A DNA stretch of 64,000 nt from Camelus dromedarius (taxonomy: Eukaryota), in contig NC_087437.1 in the NCBI RefSeq assembly GCF_036321535.1, forward strand, positions 61,816,001 to 61,880,000. Reading direction: 5' to 3'. Below, piece by piece: positions 1-12,520 of this stretch. A program made the position numbers and the translations under genes. The notes under the pieces were generated by a model. That model did no database searches and had not been told where the DNA came from. It saw only the letters and a list, made by a program, of their open reading frames with translations. How positions within the stretch are numbered: position 1 is the stretch's first letter; each line of letters opens with the position of its first letter.

Positions 1-49
1 CACGCCAGCCCCCTCCACACCTACCACCCAGAAATCCTGACTTTGTGGA

Positions 50-600
50 TCTTACACTCAGTGCTGTTTCCTTTCTCCATGCCTTTGCTTGTGCTGCCCC
101 TTCCCAGTGCCTGGGATGCAGTCTATCCCTTTTCAACCCTCCTTTATCAGCTCAGTGCTTACTGGTTCATCAACTAAAATCCTCCTGACTCCCAGGCTGG
201 TCAAGTTCCACTATCTGTGCTCCCACGATGCCCTTTCCACACAGGTATCACTCCTTAACCACACTGGATTATATAATTCATTTAGAGATCATCCTTGTCT
301 TTGGACTGGAGCTCTTGAGTGCAGGGCTACCTCTTATTCATTTCAGTGTTTCTAGAGTTTATTCCAGTGCCTGGCACAAAGCAGAAGCTCAGTAAACATT
401 TATTGAATAAATGAGGTTTAACCACTTGGAAGCTGAATAGCCTTGGCAAGTCACATAGCCTTCTGGTGTCTAAGATTTTATCTGCACAATAAGGTAATGA
501 AACCTCATCCCTACAGCTGTTATGAGAATTAAATGAGATAATATACATAAAAGCGTTTAGCAACACATGGCTGTTAGGAAGTGGCCAATAATTTTTTAAG
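50..600. mobile_element. L2 3' end followed by MIR
   Basis: CAGTGCCTGGCACA...TTGAATAAATGA, then MIR core GAGAATTAAATGAGATAAT. Confidence 0.7.
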
Positions 601-1963
601 CTAAAAGAAGATTCGAGTAGTTATCTGTTCCAGCCTCCTGCTTTTATCATCATAAAAAACCATGAAACTAGTCTCCTCATGCTGCAGGATCTAAATACCC
701 TTTTACATTAAAGGAAGAAGATGGAAATATGCACTAGATTGGGTTTCAGTCCAAGAACAACCCTCTCAAGGGCCAGTTCTCCTGAGTGCGCTCTGCTTGG
801 GCCACACCTAAGTAGGTGAGCAGATTTTGCATATGAAACCAAGTCAAGTACTCCTTTTACCGAGACTCTTGTGAAACAGTAAACACCCCAGACTTCCACT
901 ACTCTCTAAATCAGGAGGGAAAATGAAACAATCAATGGTCCCAGACTGACTATGTTCCAAAGATAGGATGTTATTTGTAAACTCTCACTCATCGATCTGT
1001 TTTACTTCCCACCTTTAAGAAAACCATCCGTTTGCCTTTGTAATTAGGAGTAAAGAAAGAGTGAACAGGCATAGCAGAGAGGAAGAAGGCAAGCTGGATA
1101 AACTGGCTGTTGTTTCATTGTAATGACTGAAGTAAAATAAAATCAACATATCCTGTGTCTTTTATACACTTATATTAGCCCTTGAAATAAGGGTAAAAGC
1201 TATGGAAGGTCTTAATATATGGATATATGAGCTTCCCCAAGTCTCATTTAAGACTAGAAGTTTGCCTTTTTAAAGGCAAACCAAAGGAAGCTGCACAAAC
1301 CCAGAGGGTAGAGGACCCATCCTCAGGGGGAAAGTCTGTGGACCTCTTGATTCAATCTACTTCAACATGTATTTACTGCCTACTTTTTTGGTCCAGGCAC
1401 TGTACTAAGAGCTGGGAAGACATATCAATAAGCCACAGTGCTTGTCCAGAAGGCTCTCCTAGGCTGGGGGACCCCTTCCTAAATGATGTCCAGTTCTATG
1501 GATGTGCCGAGTGGGGATGACATATGTGGCAGCTCCCCTCCTGTGCCCACACTCATTCCCACTCAGCCCTGATGCAGTCTCAGAATTGTTCTCAACATAG
1601 CACATCTGACTGACCACCTGGCTGAGTTGAATCTATCACTACAGTTGGTAGAGTATGGGCTTTGGGAACAGGCAATTCTAAATCCAAATGCCAGCTCCAG
1701 CACATAACTAATTGTGTGGTCTTGAGAAAAATCCCTTATCACTTCTTGAGCTTCAGTTTCCTCCTCTGCAGAATGGGACAGTCTTCACCACAATACTGGA
1801 AGGTTGGCACTATTGTTGTCCCCATTTGAAAGGTGGGAACACTGAGGCACAGATAGGGTAAGTAACTTGCCCAAGATCAAAAATAGGAAGGAGAGCCAGA
1901 ATTCAAAGCCAGAAGTCTATTTCGGAGCCCGTTCTGGTCACTGCTGGGCTACTCTTCTCTTAG

Positions 1964-4900
1964 GCTGGTCAGATGTTCTCTAGGTACCAGGAAGCACAAA
2001 ACTGCCAGACTCGAGTGAGACATTTAATAGAGGGTTCATTAGGGACATATTCCATTGGCTGAGACATTATCTTTGGTTGGAGACAGTTTATTTTGTCTTA
2101 AAGTAAGAAAGGCTATGGTGGAGAGACCTGCTGGATTTGCAAATATAAAGGCTCATGTCATAGTGAAACTATTTGGCACAGTCTGACTCTTGAAAGCAAC
2201 TCATCTGATAAAAAGAAATATGAGAGTCAGGGATCACTTGACACAGTAGTCCAAGCCCATCTGACTGAAAAATGCGCCTGCGGGAACATTGTTAAAGTCA
2301 CTTTCCATTTCCAAGACGATTCGACTGTGATCAAGCACGGCTTTAAAAGTAAAAAAGAAAATAAAGCAAACCCTAACTCAGGACTGAGCCACGTTAAGTG
2401 GGCTAATATTTGTGGGCTAATATCTGAGAACAGTGCCTGGCACCCAGTAAACACTAAGTGTTTTGTAAGTATTTGGTAAATGAAATAGACAATTGGGCCT
2501 GGGGGAAGACCCAGTCAGAAGCACCCATGCTTGGATGGCAACTGATCTTTTTTTCACACTGTTCCCCCACTGGCCTTAGAAAAATCACTTCATTTCTGAA
2601 CCTCAGTTTTCTTGCTTGTTAAATGAAATTACAGCAATAACTCAAGAGAGTTGTAAGAACCAAATGAGACCAGTGAGATAGAAGGATAAAAATACGTCAT
2701 TTGTAAACCATGAAGCACTATACAAATGTCATTATTATTATTGAAGGACTAGAAAGAGGTCTTGAGGCAGAGAATCAATTTCTGGTGCCCAGGATTTATC
2801 TGCCCTTCTCCCCAGCCCCCTCCCTGGCGTGGCCCTCCCCTAGCTGCTGGCCCAGCCACGTAGGGAGTAGGGGAGAGCTGTGTCCCTGGCAAGCAGGGTT
2901 GGAACACAGAGTGCCCTCTCTCCCTCTCTTGCAGAATCAAGGCTGTACGGAGTCATGGAGAGTAGCTGCATCTAGTGAGCCAGGTCGGCCACATTCAGAA
3001 TTAGATAGACTTTTGTGGACTGCCCTGAGAGCCCAGTGACCCGGGTAACCTCACTCCTGTGGGCACTGGCATTCTGAGTTTTAAATGACTGGCTTTGTAA
3101 TTACTCTCTGGAATGCATAACCTATTCTAGAAGTGGGGACTGCTTGTGCAGAACCAAATCAAACTGCTTGAACTGTGGTGTGTACTCCAGAAAAGAATAC
3201 AAAGCCATGGCGTTACTGTAAACTATGAGCTATTACCCTACAGGATAATGTACCTTTCCCTTTTTTTTTTCTTTTTTTCATTTTCTTTCACTCTTCAGGA
3301 GAGAGCTATAGTTACCTATTGATTGGTCTCTAGGATTAAATCAAGGGGAAAAAACAGTGCCTCCACGAGAATAGACAAGACTCCACGTATGCCATGTACA
3401 GGATTTAGCTGCCACCAAGGGTAAAAAGCAACATAAAGCCACCAAGGAAAGCTGCAACTGAAAGGCAATCAGGAGGAAGTTTTATGTTGCACATGAATTC
3501 AAGAGGGAAGCCGGAACACACAGGCTGATGGGAGCCCTTTGTAAATACAGCTTTTAAGCAACTTTCCAGTATGCCATCAGGAGCAGAGATTGGATGATTT
3601 GTGTCTAGAAGTATTTAGATATTTCGTTTCTTTACCTGAAATAATGTGAGAAGGTAACTCACATCAGATGTTATTCCATTTACAGTCCCTAACACTCCAG
3701 CAGGTAAGTATTAATAACCCACTTTTAATAGGTTAGAGAACTGATTCCTAGAGATGGTGTGGAGTTTGCCCAAGGTCATGCAACTAGAAAATGGTGGAGC
3801 CCTGGCTAAAGAATTGTCTGCCTTTAGTCCATGGTCTTTCAACCACACCGTGTGGTCTCCATCATGGTAGGGCCACACTACTGAACTTTCAAAAGGTAGA
3901 CAGGAGGAAAATCAGTCTGGAAAGTAGAATAAAATTTGTTTCTCATACATGTAGTAGGGAGTTCAGTTCATCTTGGAATGATACCTTTAACTGCCTGACA
4001 ACTGATGGGTACTTTATCTGGGAGATGCTGTTCTCTCTAGTTCACTTATTCATAGAAGAATCATTTGTTTATTCAACATACATTCATGTTACCATGCATT
4101 TTTCTAGGCAGTAGGGATAGAAAGACAAGAAATAGTGCTATGCTCCATAACTTACATATATGTTATATTCTTTTCTGTGTTTCAAATATTATAGGAGAAA
4201 AGGAGCCTACCTGCCCTGTGGGGCTCACTTTCCAGTGAGGCTGTAGGGGACCAACTGTAAGTACACTATCCGTGCTGTACTAGAAGCATGGGGGGCTTTG
4301 AGGATCAGCGCTTTTGTCAGTATCCGCAATTATTCCTAAGGGAAATTCACACACATATGCAGATAAGGCAACTTGGGGGATTCATTTTAACCATCTTTGG
4401 AATATTTTCAGACTTCAAAATTGTTTCGGCAACGTGCTTATATAATAAAGACCCCCATACCTGTGCCATCCTCGTGCAAAACCAAGTGAGAAGAGTGGGG
4501 TAGGCTGAGTTTGGGCTATGATGATTCTGATCCTCCAAAGATATAGGATATCCCACCTGAAGCCCCCAAATATATTCCAAGTGTCACAGAAGAATTTGTG
4601 GAGCTAAGGACCACAAGTGGGCCTTTCTGTTGTGAGCAGAGCTATCGTTGGGAGGATTTGAGGCTGAGACTGAACTTGTTGCATGGGACCTCTCTTCCCC
4701 AAGCCCCATGTTTTTATATATGTGAACACAGTTTAAATGATTGAGTATAGCCTGAAACAAACACCAGGAACTAACAGATGCAAGCATTAGAAGAATCATA
4801 CACTTGTTCATTCATTACTTTATTCATGCATTCAATATTTAGCAACCAACAGGGCCTGTGCTTCAGTGGGGAATATGAGATGAACACACCTCTCAGCCTC

Positions 4901-7332
4901 AAGAGCACACACTCTGGAGGAGCAGACAAGGAGTACACACAAACACTTTGTGCAGAGCGTCCTAAGAGTCCGTAGTGGCTGTTGGAACAGGTAGGCTTAC
5001 CTTTTCTAAGGGTAGAGAAGGACAGTATGTTAAAATTTGATTCTGGAGAAGGAGGAAGGTACTGAAAGCAGAGAGCAGTTAAGTGCAAAGCCCCATAGCT
5101 GTGAAAGAAACTGCTGGGTCCAGAGGGTGGAGACACGTCACGTGTGGTTGGAGAGCAGAGCACAGGCACCGCAGCCGAGGCTGTGCGAGAGCAGGGGCAG
5201 GTCACGTGGGCTCTCACACACACACCGAGAAGCTCAGAACGTGATAGGTAGACAGTGAGGTACCAACCATAAGAAAGCTTTAAGCTCAGAAGTAGCACAA
5301 TCATCCTTGCATTTTAATAGAGCAATAAGAAAGCAGTGAGAACAATTATAAAGGGCAAGAACAAGGCAGGGGCTACTTAGCCAGCTACAGCCACGACTTG
5401 ACACAAGTAAAATGAAAGCATTTTCATTCTTAAAAATTTAAGGAATACATCAGCTATCCCAGGAACCACACATTATCCTATTAATGGGTATTTAGGTTGT
5501 TTTTAATTTTCTTATTATAAACTATGAACATGCTTGTACAGTTCTTCAATAAATTGCTTATGAGAAAGACTGCTTCTTAAAATAATCTTTAAAAAACTAG
5601 ATGATCATTTTCTTGGCATGGCTAAATAGATTTTTTTCCAGGAGTTAAGGAATGTATAAGATGGTAAGATTACATCAGACCCAATTAATATCAGCCAAAA
5701 CATGACTGAGACGAGGGTTGCAGAGAACAGTACTCTGTCCATCAGAATCCAGTCTGAGGTGGGGAAGAACTCTCACAGCTTTTGTTCTGGTCTCTCAAAT
5801 TCATATATTTAAATCCTAACCTGCAATGTGATGATACTAGGAAGTGGGGCCCTTGGGAGGTGATTAGGTCATGAGTGTGAGCCCTCATGAATGTGATTAA
5901 TGTCCTTATAAAAGGGACCCCAGAGCCTCCCTTACCCTTTCCACCATGTGAAGAAGGCACAGCAAGAAGCCGGTCATCTACGAATCAGGAGAACTCTCAC
6001 CAGACACTGGATCTGCCAGTGCCTCAGCGATCTTGGACTTCCAGCCTCCAAAAGTGTGAGAAATGAACGGTTGTTGCTTAAGCCACCTGGACTATGATAT
6101 TTTTGTTCTGGCAGCCCAGATAGACAGCTCTCACAGATATGCTTGGGAAGCAAAGGTGAACAGGATGAAAATGTGATTTATTTTTCCCATGAAGGCCTGG
6201 ACCTAAAGAAGTTGGTGACAAAGGAGGAAACTGCACTGAATGGAAGAGCCTTTCAGAGCAATGCCACACATGAAGCTGATAGACCAGGCGGCATCCAGGA
6301 GGTGGTGTCCCACCGAATGACCACCATTGCTGCTGTTGGTTGGCTGTCATTGTGGGTCCTGGAAGGTCATTTGGACATTTGAGGCTTAAAACAAGTGCCC
6401 TCTACCTTTCCCTGTCTATGCCATCTCTCTTCCTAGTGGCTTGTTAGCCCTTGAAACAATGGAAACCCTTCCAAAGTCTGGATCTGGTTTGGGGGTCACA
6501 TCTTCTTTAGGTTCTGTACCAACTCTATCTCTGACAACTTCGTGCTAATTCTTTGCCTAAAACCCTGCAGGAATCAAGAATTCCCTGTCTCTTCCTTGTA
6601 GACTCATCTCAGGGTCTCCCGTACTTTCACAGTCAGGAAGACGCCCTATGTCTCCCACCTAAAGCTAGCTCAGTATTCTTTGTTCAGATTTTAAAGACAA
6701 GGATGAGGGCAGGAAGTCAGTTGTGGTATTAGAGTTACGACATCACAGGATGATGGAATTCAAGATAGGCTTAGAAGATTTTGAGCACTGATCTAGACTA
6801 GAACTGCCTGAAGCTTGTGCAGATTTAGTAATGGCTAGTACTCTTAACTAGTCACATAGTTAAAAAAATTCTCTTACTTGAGAGAACAAAGGATTCCTAA
6901 GGAGTGTCTTAAAACCATAGAGGTGGATCTATTTCTGACTTCTGTTTTCCTCCCTTCTTAGGCGATACACAAGTGATGTGAAAGCATGACCCAGGCACAG
7001 GTCAGGGGGAATGTGGCTAGTGACCTGTGGCCAAGCAGCACTTAAGTATGAAACCTTCCTTGTCAAGGATGCTTGAAACAAATACCTTCCTTCTTGGCCC
7101 TCATTGCTAAAGGATCATGGCTATGAGGACTATGATAACCATCTGGCCCAGATCTCCTGCCAGGTATTCCTGAAGCCAGTCTATGCCAACTATAACAACC
7201 TTTCTAGGAAGGAGATTCCATAGGGGCTGAGGAAAACTGTTTCGAATGACTAAAAGCCCATATTTTAAAAATATATCATTTCCTCCAATTTGCAGAAGAG
7301 AAAAATCACGGGAAAGGACATGGCATGCTTAA
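1964..7332 (+). pseudogene. Candidate decayed multi-exon gene, product unidentified
   Basis: Exon-like segments 1964/1984-2102, 3299-3610 and 6962-7332, each preceded by a polypyrimidine acceptor and joined in phase 2; protein-like translations with several stops. Confidence 0.4.
5780..6135 (+). mobile_element. MaLR LTR (MLT1-type)
   Basis: GCCCTCATGAATG...CTTGGACTTCCAGCCTCCA motifs. Confidence 0.8.
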
Positions 7333-10300
7333 AGTAGATTCAGCCAAAGAGGTTTTGATCTATTTGCAGTTCTTTTCTTAAGTTTAGATCATGAACCAGT
7401 CACTCTAAAGCCCTTCCTTCTTATATCCCTATTTTCTCTCAAATGATGGAGAAGAGAAGAGCCCTGCCCTCTTGCTGTGTTTCAGTTGTGTGTTCTCATG
7501 TCTCCAAACAGATGGGGAGATTTGGGATAGCGGAGACCATACTGTTTCAGCTCAGCCACTAACTTGTTGGGTGATTCTTTAAAATTAAGGCTGCCAAAAC
7601 ACAGGGTAGGGAAATGCTGTAGCCACAGGATTTCAGCCAAATCTCTCATAACAGCCTTTCAAAATAGGTGGAGAAAGCTGGGTGGGAATGGAGGCACTCC
7701 ACCACACCAAAGAGTTCTGATTGATTGGATCCATGTGAATCCAGAGGGAAGATCCTACTCAGACTCTGTCCTGGTCAAAATTTTGCCCATGACTTGGATG
7801 AGTACAGGTGACAACCTGATGAATCTGCAGTGGACATGAATCCAAACTGGTGTCCTCTGGGTTGAATCTGGTTACAAATGCATTTTGTTTTGGTTCCTAC
7901 ATATTAAACAATTTTTTGAAATAGTGGTGAACATTTAACCCTTGAGGGGCTTTGACATTAAAGCTCATATTTCTGGCTTCTCTTAGAAAATCAGATTTGG
8001 CTTCACTGGGCCTTCCTGACAACAGTCTGTTGGAATGAAGAAGCGGCCCTCTCTTTACTCTCCACTGACTATAGCCCCCACCTGGCCTACTGCCTTTGTT
8101 TACTGGACCCTGTTTGGCATTTGTGTCTATGACTCTACTAAAAAGGACAAAAAAAAAAAAAGTTATTCTCCACTCTGCAGTGTCATCACCGAATTTCCCC
8201 TCCATAACAAGATATATACAATTATAAGGGTGATGTTTTCTTTGACTTTTTTCCAACCTGCAAAGCCTATATTACATTGGCTCTTTGGGTCGTGATTAAG
8301 AGCGGAGCATGAAACAGCCTGCTGCCATGAGAAAGGATCATAGGAGCCTGAAGGGCTCAGGCTTGGGGAATGCTGAAGACAGGAGATTAGAGAACTCACT
8401 GACCTTGGCCTCTGGAAGCCTGACCAGACACTCTGAATAATTAGCAGCTTGGCTTGCCAACAGTACTGCTTTCGTAAAGGGTCTCTTAAATTGCCAAGAA
8501 GAACAAGGACATTGTTGCCACAAGCTCTCCTGGTTGAAATCACATCAAATCAGACATCTTGGGTGGCTGAGGACAGTGTCTCTCTGCTATGCTTCTTTGA
8601 GATGAATCGATACTTTTGGGCAATGGTCTGTGTGAAATGCCTTCATCTGTTCTGTCCTGGGAACAAATGAGGAATTGGTTTAAGATCTGGTCAGTTAAGT
8701 TCTAAAACATTCGGGATGGTTTAGAAGAGCTAAAGTGGGTTTTGTTGCAGCTGAAAGAGCCACGAGCAGCTGTAACTGCCATAAAAAGCACAGCTCATGA
8801 CGAAGCCAAAGTTGCTCCGAAAGATGGAAAGGAGGAGCAAGCTGTCCCTTTATGCTGGTGAGCATCTTTTCATGAGGTTGTATGGTTACCAAAGACCATG
8901 TGAAAGTAAGTGATCATCAGGAGAGAAGACAGAAACAAGTAAGAGGGAATTCACATGCCTCTTTCTGGTCAAACGAGAGTCAGGAAATTGAGAAAGGCAC
9001 CCAGGTGGTAAAGATCCATTGCTTACCTCTCTCAGTCACCTGGGGAAGAAGACTTCCTTGCTGGAGGTTTCTGTTTGTGTCTTACGGCTGGCAGGACCTG
9101 GCAGTGGAACCAGGGGTCAGGATTTCTACTTGAAATCCAACAATGAGTGGGAATATAAGTGTTCCTAAGAACCTAATTCAGGGCAAGGGTGTACTTAGGT
9201 CCAGGTAGAGAAGCTAGGTCTAGAAAGAATGTCATTCTGTATTAGACAATTTAAGTCTTATCATGTAATTGACTCCTTTGTTTAGGATCATTCAGTGGCT
9301 CCCGTTGTGTTTAGGAAAAAGTCCAAATTCCTTGGCCTGGCATCTGACCCTTCTCTGCCTCCCTGGACTCATCTTCTGTTATATTCCTTTTGAGATCTGG
9401 CCATCTTGGCCTTCTTGAAGTTCCTCTTCTATCTCTTCTCTGTCATCTTAGAACATGTTCTTCCCTCTACCCAGAACATTACCTCACTCTGCCTTCAACT
9501 CATCCTTCCAGTTATAAGTGCAAACATCACTTTTCTCAAGAAGGCCCTCTCCGATTGCTACATGAGGTAAAATAAACCACCCACCTATCTGCCCACCTAT
9601 TTCTCCTCAGGCACCAATACAACCCGTATCTTGAGACTTCTCACACTTTTTTTAAGTTTCTTACTTAAGATCTGCCTTCCTGGCTCCATACAGAAACTGG
9701 GGGCAGAAACTGTGTCTTGTTTATGGTCGTTACCTTTGCAACTATCAGAGTCCCTGGCATATAATTCATGTGCAATAAATACTCAATTAATGAGTACAAT
9801 AAAGGCTTTCATGGAAGAAATAAGAAACAATATTCATTGGCTTTGAAAAATCTGAGACCATCTTATTTCCTTTTCTCTAGGCAGACCTCATTTCAGTTTT
9901 CACAAAGATGAGGGAAAGAAGAAATCATAGTCCTCTTGATACTTCATCTTTGGGCTCCATGTAGGCAACCTTTGGATAAACCTGACTTAATTCCATTCTC
10001 TGCGTAATCTTACCTCTGCCTTACTCTGCATGTCATGACTGTGACTCTGCAAAGAACCTCTAGTTCTTTGCCAATAAACTTACTATAGAAAGTGACTTTC
10101 TAAATCACATACTACTTGACTTTGCCTCTTTGTTCCCTGCTCTAACAGACTTGGCCATCTTTCCGCTTCCACCTGGGCTATGAACAGCTTCTTTTCGTTT
10201 AGACATTCTCCTCTATTGGCTGGTATTTAGAAAAGTAAAAGCAATTATCAGCAGAGCACTGGTGGCTGATGTGAGGGAAGATTAGAGGATTGATCCTCAG

Positions 10301-10816
10301 GCCCTGTGTGACAGTGTTGCAAATACCATCATCACAATTGGCACTGAGGCTACTGGGGCTGAAGACAAAAGGGTGGCTTGAGCAAGCTCCCTGCAGAGCC
10401 AGCCCAGAGAGTAGCATCCACCGGGGGGCCGAGAGTCTGGCCTGAATGCAGTGGGGAGACGCCAGGCCAGGGAGGGGAACGGTGCTTTGTAAGCATTGTT
10501 TCTGGGAGATGTTCTATGTAAAAGACATTCTGTGGTCAAATAATTATGAGAAATATTGCACCTCCTATCTCCCTTATGAAGATATGTGATGTACATTAGC
10601 ATATTAAATCCTCCAAGAAGTTCTGCAATAAAAGAACCAATGCAACTCTAAAACCTATTTTTTAATGTATCTAATCACAGCAAGAAAAATTAATTAAGTA
10701 ACAACTATTAATATCCTGCAGTATCATATGGAGCACGTATTGAAAAATACATCCTAGTATTTACCTTTTTGTTTTTGGTGATGGGATGCAGTGTTTTCAA
10801 AAGAGATATTGGTTGA

Positions 10817-10895
10817 GGGGGAGGATACAGCTCAGTGGTAGAGCATGCACGACGTCCTGGGTTCAATCCCTAGTACCTCCCCACCTCCAAAAAAT
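10817..10895 (+). mobile_element. tRNA-derived SINE (camelid-type), internally deleted
   Basis: A-box-like AGCTCAGTGG and B-box-like GGTTCAATCCC, A-rich tail. Confidence 0.85.
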
Positions 10896-11034
10896 AGAGA
10901 GATTGGCACATATCCTATCAAGTAAGTCAGTGTTCTCTTGTCAACTGACTTATTTGATGGGAATAACAAATTTGCATGCTGACCCCCAGAATTCACACCC
11001 ATGTGATTTCATGATAATGCATTAGTTGACTTTT

Positions 11035-11168
11035 TTTTTAATTAATTTTTTGGGGGGGCTGGGGGAGGTAATTAAGTTTACTTATATTTAGAGGAGGCAC
11101 TGGGGATTGAACCTAGAACCCCATGCAAGTTAAGCATGCACTCTGCCACTGAGCTATACCCTCCCCCC
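11035..11168 (-). mobile_element. tRNA-derived SINE (camelid-type)
   Basis: Reverse complement of the same SINE; flanking TTGACTTTT duplication. Confidence 0.9.
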
Positions 11169-12054
11169 AACTTGACTTTTCTTTCTCTCCTTTCCCATGG
11201 TATTCACCACTTGATGGAAAGGTCATATGACTTCCATTGACAGTGCATTTTTATGGGCTTCTGTCAGCAAAACATTGCCTGCACGAGCCAAATGAGTCTA
11301 AAAATGGACAAGCTGAACACATCTCACTAAAGGAACATGTGTTCTCATTTTATAACACAGTTTTAAGAGTAAATTTTACTGTCTACTGGTTATTTAAGCA
11401 AAATACTTTCAGGCTCAATAGGGATTCAGAGAAGAGGTGCTGGGAGAAGCAAAGAATGAGAAAAAAATTCACATTATCAAACTCTGAGCACAGCAGCTAC
11501 TCCATTCTCTCTTCCACCACGTTCCTTCCTCCTCTCAAACAGAAGCACTGAGTGTGTCTGTTCCTTTTACTCCCACAACCAGCCTTGAGCTTGGCAGGGG
11601 AGTGTTTCCAGTGAAATGCTGGCTCTCTCGGAGCCCGTCAGCTGAATCACCCGCTTGGAGTGGGAAATTGCTAAAGGATTTCTGTCTAAGCTGGAGGTGG
11701 GGAGGACAGGGCTTCTGATTCATTGAATCCACCACAATACTAGTAACATCTATTGTGAATGTGAACATTCTGTCTTCTCAGAATTTCTCTTTTTTTCTCT
11801 CTTCCTTCCTTCCTTCATTTTTAAAAAAATAGAAATTGTGGGTCTCCACAAACTTATTCTCACAGTGGCTCTCATGGGATTAGTACTGCTCCCCACTCCC
11901 CTCCTGTCCCCAGTTTCTTTGCAGCCTGTCCACCTCTTCATTCCAGATGCCATAGCTGTGGGCTCATAGAGAAATCAGGCCTCCTGTGCTTCAGGGAAAT
12001 AAGTTTCCCTTCCATCCCCTGCATATCAGGGTTAGAAAGAGAAAATGCGGCCAG

Positions 12055-12520
12055 CATTTGTTCACTGCTTACTAGGTGCCAGGCACTGTGCTAAGCACTT
12101 TCTATATATTTTCTCATTTCATCCTACTTCCATTTTAGAGATGAGAAAACTCAGGCTCACCAAGGTAGGTAACTTGGCCAAGATCACATGTGCTAAGTGA
12201 CAGAGCCAAGATCTGAAGGCTGATGCCAAAGTGCATGTTCTTAACTACTGTAGTAAATTCATTCATTCATTCATTCAACAAATGTACCAGGCAATGTTCG
12301 AGTACTGGGGAGACAGAGGTGGGGAAAAAAGAATGGACTCTTTCTTTATGAAGCTTACATTCTAGTGAGCAGACAAAAAACGCACAACAAAGCATATGAT
12401 ATCAGATACTATAAAGGAAACTAAAGCAGGGTAAAAAGATTGAGAGTATTGGGGTGGGGGCTGCTCCTCTGTCCAGAGTGAGTGGTCAGGGAAGGCCTCT
12501 GTGAGGAGGTGACACTGGAG
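12055..12520 (-). mobile_element. MIR plus L2 fragment
   Basis: CCATTTTAGAGATGAGAAAACTCAGGCTC; (ATTC)n L2 tail. Confidence 0.7.

Noticed and set aside
4771..5304. 177-aa minus-strand ORF
   Set aside because: Overlaps L2-like decayed sequence; no protein family signal
10414..10432. CTCF-like CCACCGGGGGGCC
   Set aside because: Deviates at informative core positions; weaker than the 30356 site
11237..11551. 104-aa + strand ORF
   Set aside because: TTG start, no convincing splice partners and no recognised homology
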